Shown one piece after another: positions 48,680-60,630 of a stretch of 60,630 nt of DNA; positions within the stretch are counted from its first letter, which is position 1, and each line of letters begins with the position of its first letter. A program made the translations under genes and the position numbers. The notes below the pieces were generated by a model, which was given only the letters and a program-made list of their open reading frames with translations, was not told the origin of the DNA and did no database searches. Source of the DNA: Octopus bimaculoides (taxonomy: Eukaryota); contig NC_068998.1 of the NCBI RefSeq assembly GCF_001194135.2, positions 4,178,305-4,238,934 on the forward strand, read 5' to 3'.

Positions 48680-49969
48680 AACTGTATAAATAGATATAAA
48701 AAATATAAAAATCCTTTTGTGACATGCATTTTGACCCTCCATTTCTGTGTTTGTGTGTGCATGCAGATATATATATATATATACATACATACATACATAC
48801 ATACATACATACATCTAGCTAGCTTTACATGCATATATACATCTATCTATCTGTCTGTTAGTTTGTCTATCTGTCTGTCTGTATGTATGTATGTATATGT
48901 ATGTATGTATGCACATACTTACACAAACACATTGTATGTTATCATCAAACACCCACATATCAAAAGATTGTATGGTACCAGCATACGAGTTCCAAATTCC
49001 ATAATGTTACCCTCTGGAAGATCAATTAGTCAAAGACACAACTGGAAAATGAGCCAGAGTGAAATTATGGGAAATAAATAATAAAATTAAATATGAGAAG
49101 AAATTCTTGGAATAAATGATAAAAAAAAATTTTAACCAAAAAAAAAAGGAGAAAAACTATGATAAAAAACAGCAAGAACATATAGACACACACATTCAGC
49201 AGGCTTCCACACAGTTTCCATCAATCAAATTTCATTTGCCACTTGGCATTGACCAACTTAAGAGAACACAGTCACTGTAGTAAAAGATATTTGACCAAAG
49301 TGGAGTAGCACTAGATTGAACCAAAGATCAACATGATTGCCAAGCACACTTCTGAACCACAGCATCAACCACTCTCTGTCCATGCTTTATGCAGACATTA
49401 AATTAATATTCAGGTGAAAGAAAGAGGAGAAAATGAGGACATTACAAGCCAATGTCGATGTCTGCTTTTTTTCTTTTTTTTTCTCCCCTCTCCATTATTA
49501 AGAATATTAATCTAATGAATAGACAGGTAAATAAGGATGGAAACAAACGTGAAGCAAAGAACACACACACACACCAATACACACACACAAATACACTCAC
49601 ACAGACAAATAGACACCCAGGTGAACTGCACTATCTACAGAGTATTAACCTAAATTTATGTTGGCCCAGATGAATAAATAACAATGATTTTGAAAAGGCA
49701 TTCTCTGTAATGTATATATTATTCTCATACACACACATGTACATGAGTATAAAATGGATGTATATATTATATATATCATTTATCTTTCATTTTTTTATTT
49801 TACTTGTTTCAATCATTGGACAGCAGCCATGCTGGAGTACCACCTTGAAAAAGTGTTTAGTTGAACAAATTGACACCAGGACTTGTTTTTTAAAAATCTG
49901 GTACTTAGTCTATATGCCTCTTTTACAGAAATGTTAAGTTGCCCCCCCCCCCATATATGTACATATATA

Positions 49970-50122
49970 CAACGGGCTTCTTTCAGTTTCCATCTAACAA
50001 ATCCACTCTCAAGGCATTGGTCAGCCCGAAGCTATTGTAGAAGACACTTACTCAAGATGCCACATAGTGGGGCTGAGCCTGGAACCATGTGGTTGGTAAG
50101 CAAGCTACTTACCACACACCCA
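49970..50122 (-). mobile_element. SINE family B; copies at about 3295-3452, 35525-35662, 38270-38428, 53735-53890 (-) and 17370-17480, 24860-24975, 29270-29442 (+)
   Basis: Shared ggctgtgtggtaag...gggttcagtcccactg...gaaactgaaagaagcccg consensus. Confidence 0.75.
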
Positions 50123-50891
50123 TCCCTACATACATACATACATACAGACAGACAGACAGACAGACATGTAGATAGATTGATAGATAGATAGATAGATAGA
50201 TAGATATCTTCTCACACACATACACACACACAAATGTTTTGCTATATACAGACCTCTGTGTATACATATATACAGATACATTTATATATACATACATCTG
50301 TATATATATATACATATACATTCATATAAATATTTTGTTACACACACCTATATGCACTTATACACACTTTAGATATATACACATAAATATACCAAGCTAT
50401 TTTTGTACTTTTTCCCCCTCAATGAACTGTGGCCAAACTGGAGTTTCACCTTTAGACATTTTAGCTGATGGTACCATCCCCAGTACTTCACACAGGTACT
50501 TATTTTTTCTTCATCTTTATTTGTCAATCCACTAAGTTACGGGATATAAAAACAGAATCTGAGATCAAACACAACTGGGCTTAATGCTGTTTTTTTTTCA
50601 TTTTTCTGGACTTAATAAAATGAAGTACCAGTGATGTGCTTGGGGCTGGGAGTGCATTATAACTGGCTAAATCCTCATCCCAAATTTCTGGCCTTGTTCC
50701 AATATTAGAGATGATGATGATGATGATGATGATGAGTAGGAGGAGTCAATTTTACTGGTATTTTATTTTATCAACCCCTTTCAGGCAGCCTATGAAATAA
50801 AGTACCAGTAATGTATTGGTATTGATGTAATTGACTTGCTTCCTCCCATCAAACAGCTGACCTTGAGCCAAAATTTAGAAAGTATTAATAT

Positions 50892-50934
<43 letters not shown>

Positions 50935-51043
50935 ACATCATCGTTATTGCCATAGTTTTTTTTTTTCCCTCAGTAACACCTTAATGTAATGTAGTCCAAT
51001 TTCCCATTTTTTTCCCTTCTTTTTTTCACTGGAGTGGAGGTGT

Positions 51044-51198
51044 TTAAAATATTCGCAAAACTGAATTGAATCCAAAGTGTTTGAAGTTCTTTATGTCACG
51101 AGAACTGACTTTCAGTGGAAGAAAGTAGAAAAACAGAGCAAGTATAATCACTATAAACACTGTGAATTCCAAGCGTGTGTACCGATCATTTGGTCGAA
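51044..51198 (-). CDS. Terminal exon of the transporter-like gene (RPNDRYTRLEFTVFIVIILALFFYFLPLKVSSRDIKNFKHFGFNSVLRIF*)
   Basis: tattcgcag acceptor, phase 1 matches the previous donor; one more TM helix, then TAA. Confidence 0.75.
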
Positions 51199-51761
51199 CT
51201 GCGAATAGAAACAAGTGAACATTTAATAAAGATAACAAAACATAGAAAAAGCAATCCAAATAACATTTATAATACATCGGTGATAAATCATTGACGATAA
51301 TCATATAACATAATATACAGCATACACATTTTCTTTTACTTTCTTTTACTGCTTTCAATCATTGGACTGTAGTCATGATGAGGCACAGCCTTCAAGGGTC
51401 TTAGTCAAACAAGTCAACCTTCGTACATTTTTTTCTTTTGTAAGTCTGGTACTTATTCTATCAGTTTCTTTTGTTGAACTACTAAGTTATAGTGACCTAA
51501 ACAAACTAAGACTGGTCGTCAAGTGGTGGTAGAAGATAAAACACAACACAGACAAACACCCCCCCACACACACACACACATGCACACACACACATACATA
51601 CATATACATCACTTGATATACCAAGGATTACTCTATCTAAAATGGAATAAATGTGGTGATAATTTTAGCATGCATAGCAAAACAAAAGTGCCCTTGCTAC
51701 TCTTGGCCTCCGGAGGATGCCCGATACTAAGGTAGCTGATGAAAGGAAACCATAAATGATG

Positions 51762-51806
<45 letters not shown>

Positions 51807-52096
51807 GAGGTAACTCGAATGTGGAATCTAAAAACAGAAACAATTCCTATCATAGTAGGTGCCTTAGGTATAATAAAAAAATATTCAGGCAAATACATAA
51901 CAAAAACACCAGGACTTACAAATATATATAACATACAGAAAATTGCACTACTGGGCACTGCACACATCCTACGCAAAACACTTTCAATAGAGTAACCATA
52001 AGAGCACCACAGCAAACCACAGCACATACCCAAGGCGCACAGAGCTGCGCTCGGTAGTGAAGTGAAAGCACGTTATAAAAATAAAACTACTGAATG

Positions 52097-52127
<31 letters not shown>

Positions 52128-54214
52128 TAATAATATGATGACGATGATGATGATGATAAAAACAACAATAATAATTACCTGTAAATTCACTCTGTTCTGT
52201 AAATTTATAAGTTGACATGATGTAAATAACCACACTGCAAACACATAGTGACACCAAGAGGAACAACTTGACATTTCGGAATAATAGTAGAATATCCTTG
52301 ACTTCATTTTGGCAGAGGAATTGAGACAACATAGAAAAGATAGCCACCATGACAGTGGTGTATTTCTTAAGAAAATTTGTCAGCATTAGAATCGTAAACA
52401 CAGTATGTACAGAAGTGGCTAGCAGGGTCTTAAAGAAATCAAGCTTCATACTAGGATTGTAAGCTGATCCGATAATGCCCACTAAAAGAAATGATATGAC
52501 GAGGAATGATATGATTTTGGTGTTGCAGCGAGTGTGTAAATTTATGTTTTCTAGATAAATGTGTTTCATAGCAATGTTACGGCAGATAAAAAGTACGACC
52601 ACTGCCAGCCCCATGGTAACATCCATCTGATTCAGGTGTGTAGTAGATCCAGTGATGAATAAGATGCCGAGAGCTCCGATGGTTAATATCAACACCGCCA
52701 CGATTTGTACAGCTGGCAATAAAATTCCGAGGAAAAGTTTGTTCAATATTAAAGAGAGGAAAGGCTGCAGTGAAATAAATATTAACACTACATTAGATTT
52801 CTTATGTAAAGGAAATGCATTTAAATAATTCTCAAAGAACGTTGCAAAGAAATGGGAAAAATATCCAATGATGGCACCTTCAAGAACAGCCTTGCTTTGT
52901 TTTGGAATTTCCATTTTGATAATAGTCAGTAATATTATTATTTCTATTAGAGCAGGTATGAAGCAGAGTCCAAAAAATACTGGACTGTTTTTGGCGAATG
53001 CAAAAGTCATGGAAATTGGAAACATTAATTGGAATGAAATTAGTTGAAGAATAATCCAGAATAAAACTGTAGCCGTAGCCTGCCAGTCTATTTTCTGCTC
53101 CCTGAGAAGTAAAAGAGAAACAAAATAATGGTTTAATTAAATATTGATTGGTTAATGGCATAAATGAGAAATCACAGCAGTAACAGTGTTAGACATTTTG
53201 GAACAATTCTTTGGTATTACCGAGTCAATACTGACTTTCTTTTACTTGTTTCAGTCATTTGACTGTGGCCATGCTGGAGCACTGCCTTTTAGTCAAAGAA
53301 ATTTACCCCTTGACTTATTCTTCTCAAGCTTGGTGCTTATTCTATTGGTCTCTCCTGTCAAACCACTAAGTTACAGTGATGTAAACACACCAGCATTGGT
53401 TGTATATATATATATATNNNNNNNNNNNNNNNNNNNNNNNNNNNNNNNNNNNNNNNNNNNNNNNNNNNNNNNNNNNNNNNNNNNNNNNNNNNNNNNNNNN
53501 NNNNNNNNNNNNNNNNNNNNNNNNNNNNNNNNNNNNNNNNNNNNNNNNNNNNNNNNNNNNNNNNNNNNNNNNNNNNNNNNNNNNNNNNNNNNNNNNNNNN
53601 NNNNNNNNNNNNNNNNNNNNNNNNNNNNNNNNNNNNNNNNNNNNNNNNNNNNNNNNNNNNNNNNNNNNNNNNNNNNNNNNNNNNNNNNNNNNNNNNNNNN
53701 NNNNNNNNNNNNNNNNNNNNNNNNTATATATATGATGGGCTTCTTTACATTTTCTGTCTACTAAATCCACTCACAAGGCTTTGGTTGGCCCAAGGCTGTA
53801 GAAGAAAACCCTTGCCCAAGGTGCCATGCAGTGGGACTGAACCCAGAATCATGTAGTTGGGAGCAAGCTTCTTACCATACAGCCATGCCTGCACCTATTA
53901 TATTTTTATATTTTTCATTTTTTATTTTTTTAAATATATTTTTCAATTTCTGGCTGTTTAATCAGTGAATTTAATTTTTTTTTCTTTTTTAGACAAGTAT
54001 GGAATTTTTTGACATATTCATCTCATCATTTTGTATTAGCCCCAAGAAATTTTATGCTAGTTAAATCATAATTTTTAATCATTGTATGTAAGCCATATTT
54101 TCCTTATATTACCCCATGGTGGCAAATGTATACTTTCCCAGTTACCTGTCATGTGATGGGCAATGCTCTAGCAAGAATGGTAAGTATAAGAAAAATATTT
54201 GAAAATACTTACAT
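51044..54214 (-). CDS. Multi-pass membrane protein, probable SLC35/DMT (nucleotide-sugar / TPT-like) transporter family, about 359 aa, 3 coding exons
   Basis: Exons 54213-54271, 52179-53101 and 51044-51198 join in phase (2, then 1). Many hydrophobic helices; the family call is from topology and general resemblance only. Confidence 0.7.
51805..52085 (+). mobile_element. 5'-truncated R4/Dong-like (restriction-like endonuclease) LINE 3' end, in the transporter intron
   Basis: EVTRMWNLKTETIPIIVGALG...QKIALLGTAHILRKTL* plus 3' UTR; (TAA)n on both sides. Confidence 0.7.
52179..53101 (-). CDS. Large internal exon of the transporter-like gene (EQKIDWQATATVLFWIILQLISFQLMFPISM...YKFTEQSEFT)
   Basis: cttctcag acceptor at 53102-53103, ACAG|GTAATT donor; 307 open codons. 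Confidence 0.85.
53235..53405. mobile_element. Dispersed repeat family C; copies at about 15033-15210, 31725-31770, 36060-36140, 46955-47135, 49795-49945, 51345-51530
   Basis: Shared ttgtttcagtcatttgactgcggccatgctggagcac...gtaaacacaccagcat consensus. Confidence 0.75.
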
Positions 54215-54271
54215 GTCTAGAATTTGTATTACAATACGAGATTTGGTAAAATCTTCATGAAATTGGATTTC
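54213..54271 (-). CDS. Upstream exon of the transporter-like gene ending in AT of a split ATG (5' UTR, or coding if the frame extends further)
   Basis: ctaatttcag acceptor, CAT|GTAAGT donor; AT+G of the next exon = Met; exon is also fully open in frame. Confidence 0.65.
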
Positions 54272-54641
54272 CTGAAATTAGAAGAAAGGAAATAATTCTG
54301 TGACTGAGAAGATCTGGAAAAATAAAATGAGTTCACAGCTGTAACCTATAACAGTGTCGCATAACCAGCCGACTCAAAAGTACCTTGGATCGTAGGGTGA
54401 CATGCCTTGCATATCTGTGTGTGTAGATGCATATGTGTATCTGAGTCTCTGTGTGTGTGTGTGTGAGTGAGTGTGTGGATGAATAGGTATATGACATGTG
54501 TGTCTGTGAATGAGCGAAGCAACAACACAAGCATCAGCAGCAGTCATGAAGGGGCAGGTAACTCAACAAGAACGATTTATTTTTGTATGTCATTTATAAG
54601 TTATGCCCTATTTAAATAACAACAACAATAATAATAACAGC

Positions 54642-54680
<39 letters not shown>

Positions 54681-54825
54681 TAGAAATAAATAATAATTGT
54701 AAGTGGCACAGATTGATTTATTTGACAAACGAGTCACATCAGTTGTCATTGACTTTTAAGCTTCATGTGTGTATGTATGTATGTGTGTGTGTTTGTATGT
54801 AAATATATATATATATATATTCGTG

Positions 54826-54870
<45 letters not shown>

Positions 54871-55443
54871 NNNNNNNNNNNNNNNNNNNNNNNNNNNNNN
54901 NNNNNNNNNNNNNNNNNNNNNNNNNNNNNNNNNNNNNNNNNNNNNNNNNNNNNNNNNNNNNNNNNNNNNNNNNNNNNNNNNNNNNNNNNNNNNNNNNNNN
55001 NNNNNNNNNNNNNNNNNNNNNNNNNNNNNNNNNNNNNNNNNNNNNNNNNNNNNNNNNNNNNNNNNNNNNNNNNNNNNNNNNNNNNNNNNNNNNNNNNNNN
55101 NNNNNNNNNNNNNNNNNNNNNNNNNNNNNNNNNNNNNNNNNNNNNNNNNNNNNNNNNNNNNNNNNNNNNNNNNNNNNNNNNNNNNNNNNNNNNNNNNNNN
55201 NNNNNNNNNNNNNNNNNNNNNNNNNNNNNNNNNNNNNNNNNNNNNNNNNNNNNNNNNNNNNNNNNNNNNNNNNNNNNNNNNNNNNNNNNNNNNNNNNNNN
55301 NNNNNNNNNNNNNNNNNNNNNNNNNNNNNNNNNNNNNNNNNNNNNNNNNNNNNNNNNNNNNNNNNNNNNNNNNNNNNNNNNNNNNNNNNNNNNNNNNNNN
55401 NNNNNNNNNNNNNNNNNNNNNNNNNNNNNNNNNNNNNNNNNNN

Positions 55444-55475
<32 letters not shown>

Positions 55476-56058
55476 CACACATACATACATATATATGTAT
55501 ATTTATTATATTAAGGACATTACTACATGTATTTATACTTTTACATGTTTCAATCATTTAAGAGACGACTTTCCAGTTGCACTTCCATGCTTAAGTACAC
55601 TGTATGTTCATTAAGGTGGTTTTGACTTTAAGAGTCCCTTATAGCATGAGGCATTTACGTGTAGTAATGCCCTTAAAATAATAAACGTACTTAAAAGAGA
55701 ATAAATTAATAATATATATTGTATAAATTGATCCCTTTACTGGTTTTTCACGCTGACTACTTGATAAATTCTTATATAGATTTTATCCTTATAANNNNNN
55801 NNNNTATATATATATATATATATAAATTTAGTAAATGGAGTAAAGCGCATATGTTAACTGAATACTCCATTTACTAAATTCATATATACTCAAGTACCCA
55901 AAATAACAAGGAGTTTCTACCTCATAAACAGGAGTTACACCACAGTCATTTTGTGATCTTTGCTACCCCGGTATCTATTAACCAATTTATCTTGTCCGAG
56001 TTAATTATTAGCTAAGAGAAAATAAATACATATAATAAAGTATACACNNNNNNNNNNT

Positions 56059-56098
<40 letters not shown>

Positions 56099-56139
56099 AT
56101 ACAATAAGATATTATATCTATGTCTAGTTCATTCCATAG

Positions 56140-56695
56140 GACACCCCTCATAGGGCTTTCGGTTGCAGATACGATAGGAGTCACAGGGTGCTGTTCCATG
56201 TGGTCCCACAGTTTCCATCTAACTAGGAATATTAGGGTCTCATCTATTGTCTTTTATTCAAGATCCTCTGCATGACATCCTGCTACTTCAAAGCCAGGAA
56301 TCTGATCTGTTAGGTCCTGCCAATAACTAAGTCCACATCCTGCTGCCGATGCTTCGATTTGTTGTTAAGGTTTTGTCTGTCTCCTACACTTCAACCAGTC
56401 TGGCTTGGTAAGACCTGCCTGAAGATTTCTCTCCCTCCAGCATAGCTCTCCGGGTCAATGGAGCACCCAAGCACTTCACCGCAACAAAGTACTTGTTGAA
56501 TTGGCTGTCGACTACACATTAGTTCTTCCGCCCTTTGGTGGGTCTTATTTTTCGTCCCCCAGGGTGTCCAACAATCACCCTCCTCACCAAGGAAGCTTGA
56601 TGGGGTTGCCAGTTTAGTCGCCGACGAGCTGACCATGTGACAGGTTGTACTGGGTTACATGCTACCGGTAGTGGTCAAGAGCGACCTGACTATAA
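56140..56695 (-). mobile_element. GC-richer non-coding fragment resembling a LINE (RTE-type) 5' region
   Basis: Compositionally distinct island; ggcgactaaactggcaacccca and ccagtctggcttgg..gcatagctct motifs recalled from RTE 5' regions; no protein motif seen. Confidence 0.35.
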
Positions 56696-56947
56696 GATAT
56701 TATAACGATAAATTAATATTATGATATATTGAATACGTTACAATACAGGTGGCTAAAGCAATTATAAACCAGAAAGGTAGAGTACATAATTAAAGGTGCA
56801 AAATAGCACCTAAAATTGCTAGAAGTAACAGCTAAAATTATAATTCAAATCACCAACACGTAAATAAGTATGTCTGTGTCTTGGTGTATGTTTGTACGTA
56901 TGCATCTTGTACCTTGTTTTCTACGGTTGGATGCACACACACACACA

Positions 56948-56999
<52 letters not shown>

Positions 57000-57619
57000 N
57001 NNNNNNNNNNNNNNNNNNNNNNNNNNNNNNNNNNNNNNNNNNNNNNNNNNNNNNNNNNNNNNNNNNNNNNNNNNNNNNNNNNNNNNNNNNNNNNNNNNNN
57101 NNNNNNNNNNNNNNNNNNNNNNNNNNNNNNNNNNNNNNNNNNNNNNNNNNNNNNNNNNNNNNNNNNNNNNNNNNNNNNNNNNNNNNNNNNNNNNNNNNNN
57201 NNNNNNNNNNNNNNNNNNNNNNNNNNNNNNNNNNNNNNNNNNNNNNNNNNNNNNNNNNNNNNNNNNNNNNNNNNNNNNNNNNNNNNNNNNNNNNNNNNNN
57301 NNNNNNNNNNNNNNNNNNNNNNNNNNNNNNNNNNNNNNNNNNNNNNNNNNNNNNNNNNNNNNNNNNNNNNNNNNNNNNNNNNNNNNNNNNNNNNNNNNNN
57401 NNNNNNNNNNNNNNNNNNNNNNNNNNNNNNNNNNNNNNNNNNNNNNNNNNNNNNNNNNNNNNNNNNNNAGTGGCGGCTGGAATATCAAATATTTCACTCT
57501 TCTTACTCCAGTTCCCTTCTTTCTTTCTTTCTTTACATTAGTGACGTTAACATAACTGTTGTCACTGTCATTGCTGTTATAGTAGTAATGGTGGTGGTCA
57601 CACTTCAGTACAACCAGTT

Positions 57620-57739
57620 TCAGACTATAGTAGTAGTTAGTAGTAGTAGTAGTAGTTGGCAGCCAGGAAGCGGGGGGAGCAGTTGTCCTATTAAACTGAC
57701 TGGTTGTACACCAGTGTAGTGAAGGGCAACAGCAGCAGT

Positions 57740-57771
<32 letters not shown>

Positions 57772-58045
57772 TAGTAGTAGTAATAGTAGTAGTAGTAGCT
57801 GTTGTTGATGTAGTAGTAGTAGTAGTAGTAGATGTAGTAGTAACAGCAGCAGTAGTAATAGTAGTAGTAACAGTTGTAGTAGTGGTAGTAGTAGTAGTGG
57901 TAGTAGTAGAAATAGTAATAGTAATAGTAGTGGTGACAGTAGTAGTAGTAGCAGCAGCAGCAGTAGTAGTAGTGGTGGTAGTAGTAGTGGTAGTGGTAGT
58001 GGTAGTAGTGGTAGTAGTAGTAGTGGTAGTAGTAGTAGTAGTGTT
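57620..58045. repeat. Compound trinucleotide microsatellite (TAG/CAG/TGG)n
   Basis: Seen directly; source of the spurious poly-Thr, poly-Tyr and poly-Val ORFs. Confidence 0.95.
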
Positions 58046-59581
58046 GTATGTGAATTGGAGGTGTGTCATGTTTGGGCAGACACAGTGGACATCTAGCTAG
58101 AAGTGGTGGTGGAGAAGAGGGGGCGGCCCCCGCGGTGGTGGTGGTCATAGCTGGAGTGGTTTTCGTTGTGATGGTGGTGGTGACAGTGCAGGTGGTGATA
58201 GCAGCAGTGGCGACGGGGAAGTTGGGTGTTGTTTGAGTTGGGGTTGCTGGAAGTGGTGGTAGCGGCGGTGATCGGTGTTTTAATGACGGTGGCAGTAGTG
58301 GTGGTGGTGGTGGTGGTGGTGACGTTGGCGGGTGGATTATGTAAGCTGGTTGTTATAATGGTGTTGTTGTTGTTGTTATTGTTGTTGTAGGTGAAAGCAA
58401 GGTGCGATCATTTGTGAGATGACCATAAATTAAAAATAAAAAAATTGACTCCGGAATAAAATACGATTATAATACGATAACGAACGTTATCCAAAGGTGT
58501 GTGTGTGTGTATTTGTGTGTGTGTGTGTGTGTGTNNNNNNNNNNNNNNNNNNNNNNNNNNNNNNNNNNNNNNNNNNNNNNNNNNNNNNNNNNNNNNNNNN
58601 NNNNNNNNNNNNNNNNNNNNNNNNNNNNNNNNNNNNNNNNNNNNNNNNNNNNNNNNNNNNNNNNNNNNNNNNNNNNNNNNNNNNNNNNNNNNNNNNNNNN
58701 NNNNNNNNNNNNNNNNNNNNNNNNNNNNNNNNNNNNNNNNNNNNNNNNNNNNNNNNNNNNNNNNNNNNNNNNNNNNNNNNNNNNNNNNNNNNNNNNNNNN
58801 NNNNNNNNNNNNNNNNNNNNNNNNNNNNNNNNNNNNNNNNNNNNNNNNNNNNNNNNNNNNNNNNNNNNNNNNNNNNNNNNNNNNNNNNNNNNNNNNNNNN
58901 NNNNNNNNNNNNNNNNNNNNNNNNNNNNNNNNNNNNNNNNNNNNNNNNNNNNNNNNNNNNNNNNNNNNNNNNNNNNNNNNNNNNNNNNNNNNNNNNNNNN
59001 NNNNNNNNNNNNNNNNNNNNNNNNNNNNNNNNNNNNNNNNNNNNNNNNNNNNNNNNNNNNNNNNNNNNNNNNNNNNNNNNNNNNNNNNNNNNNNNNNNNN
59101 NNNNNNNNNNNNNNNNNNNNNNNNNNNNNNNNNNNNNNNNNNNNNNNNNNNNNNNNNNNNNNNNNNNNNNNNNNNNNNNNNNNNNNNNNNNNNNNNNNNN
59201 NNNNNNNNNNNNNNNNNNNNNNNNNNNNNNNNNNNNNNNNNNNNNNNNNNNNNNNNNNNNNNNNNNNNNNNNNNNNNNNNNNNNNNNNNNNNNNNNNNNN
59301 NNNNNNNNNNNNNNNNNNNNNNNNNNNNNNNNNNNNNNNNNNNNAGAAAAGAAAAGAAAGAGAGACAGAAAACTAGCGACAGAACGTGAAACTCTGAGTA
59401 ACAGTTTTTGTGATGCATTTGGTGCTTTTTAATAAAGCATATCACTCTACCTTACTCTGGTATATATATAGATACTTTTATCTAGGATAGTGTTATTTGA
59501 CACAACGATAGTAAAAGCGTTTTTTCTTCTTATTTAAAATACTATAACTAGCCGTCATTTTTGACGGCACGGGGTCAGCTA

Positions 59582-59617
<36 letters not shown>

Positions 59618-60515
59618 GCACTTTCAGCCACGATAGTGTTATTTGACACAGTGGTAGTAAAGGCACATTATCTTCTTCTCGTGACGAAACTATTAACAAA
59701 AAGAAACCACGCCTAGCCATACATTAATACAAACACAAACGTCATTCAAGACACTGTATAAGAGCGATGTCTCTGTTAGTCATGGAGTTGTAATTACGTT
59801 ATACACACACACACATCCACACCTATCCACACCCATAATTCTACACCTTAGCACAGACAAATATTATCGCTAAAGAAACGAGGAGGCTATGCATTCATAA
59901 TGTTTTTAGCAGACATCACTAGAAGAGTTACCAATCTAGCCCTCGAATAAAGATATATTTGATAGAGTCATAATCTGTTTAAATGTAGTATTCGAGAGAA
60001 ACAACTGTAACAGGACGTTACAAAATGCTTAACGACATTTCGTCCGTCTTTACGTAATGAGTTCAAACTTCGCTGGGGTCGACTTTACCTTTCAACCTTT
60101 CGGGGGTCAATAAAATAAGCACCAACTGAGCGCTGAATAAGCACCGAAATTTCTGGCCTTGTGCAAACATTTGAAACCAATGTATGCGGTAGTTCACCAT
60201 ATACAGAGAAAAGAAAAATAACTTGGTTTAATTCACCCATCTCATAAAGACGTATGCATACATATTGCTAGGAACGTAATTATCCGTAATTAGGTGACAC
60301 TTTCTGAGCGTACGTTCATATCGTAAACTCCTTAATGCGAATAAAGTTACAGTTACATACACTTATACGTATGTAGGTGCGTATGTGTGTGTACACATAC
60401 ATACATATGCACGTGCGCGCATAAACACATATGGTCCAATCCATGCCAGCATGGAAAACGGACGTTAAAAGATGATGATGATGATATATGCATATGAATA
60501 TATATATATGTATGA

Positions 60516-60562
<47 letters not shown>

Positions 60563-60630
60563 CAAACTATATAATATAATATAATATAATATAATATAAT
60601 ATAATATAATATGATATATGATACACACTC

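Larger units (their letters stand above)
856..59344. other. Assembly gaps (N): 856-1637, 2575-2995, 4232-4475, 6174-6739, 8674-9387, 14177-15032, 16212-16659, 35114-35469, 53418-53724, 54871-55443, 57000-57468, 58535-59344, plus several 10-N gaps
   Basis: N runs, most abutting (TA)n or (CA)n microsatellites. Confidence 1.

Noticed and set aside
51735-51755. CTGATGAaagGAAAC as a hammerhead
   Set aside because: No stem II and no matching stem III or cleavage triplet
56400-56700. HDV-like ribozyme at a putative RTE 5' end
   Set aside because: Could not identify the L3 motif or the nested pseudoknot pairings by eye
56850-58148. Mucin-like poly-Thr and Tyr/Cys-rich ORFs
   Set aside because: Translations of a compound trinucleotide microsatellite plus a gap; no splice or domain support
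738-59445. Long ORFs in the track containing X runs
   Set aside because: They stay open only because N gaps contain no stop codons; their flanks are microsatellites
59400-59600. Further upstream exon of the transporter-like gene
   Set aside because: Donor-like sequence exists on the minus strand, but nothing else supports it and gaps intervene

Overview
AT-rich, microsatellite- and SINE-dense animal genomic DNA with many scaffold gaps. The repeat families look like those of an Octopus assembly (inference). Two protein-coding genes could be reconstructed by hand, arranged tail to tail. (1) A complete ADAM17/TACE-like metalloprotease on the + strand, CDS 15681-40404, with 23 core coding exons joining in phase to 746 aa. 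It has a signal peptide, prodomain, RSKR furin site, [11 protein letters not shown] zinc motif, disintegrin, membrane-proximal/CANDIS region, TM helix and a short tail ending ETRV. (2) A multi-pass membrane protein of probable SLC35/DMT transporter type on the - strand (about 359 aa, 51044-54214). The most striking observation is that the catalytic glutamate of the ADAM17 HExxH motif lies in neither large flanking exon. It is completed only by a 6-nt, frame-preserving microexon (29076-29081, AAATTG), whose skipping would give an in-frame, catalytically dead protein. The same gene has a U12-type AT-AC intron (32389-33596) and a candidate 12-nt microexon in the cytoplasmic tail (39109-39120). 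Other notable items are a foldback element carrying a degraded hammerhead ribozyme core (43885-44219), a second minimal hammerhead-like motif (28146-28186), and Penelope, RTE, R4/Dong-like, mariner and piggyBac-like remnants. Almost all ORFs in the supplied track are artefacts of N-gaps or microsatellites. No database searches or folding calculations were run; family assignments rest on recognised motifs.
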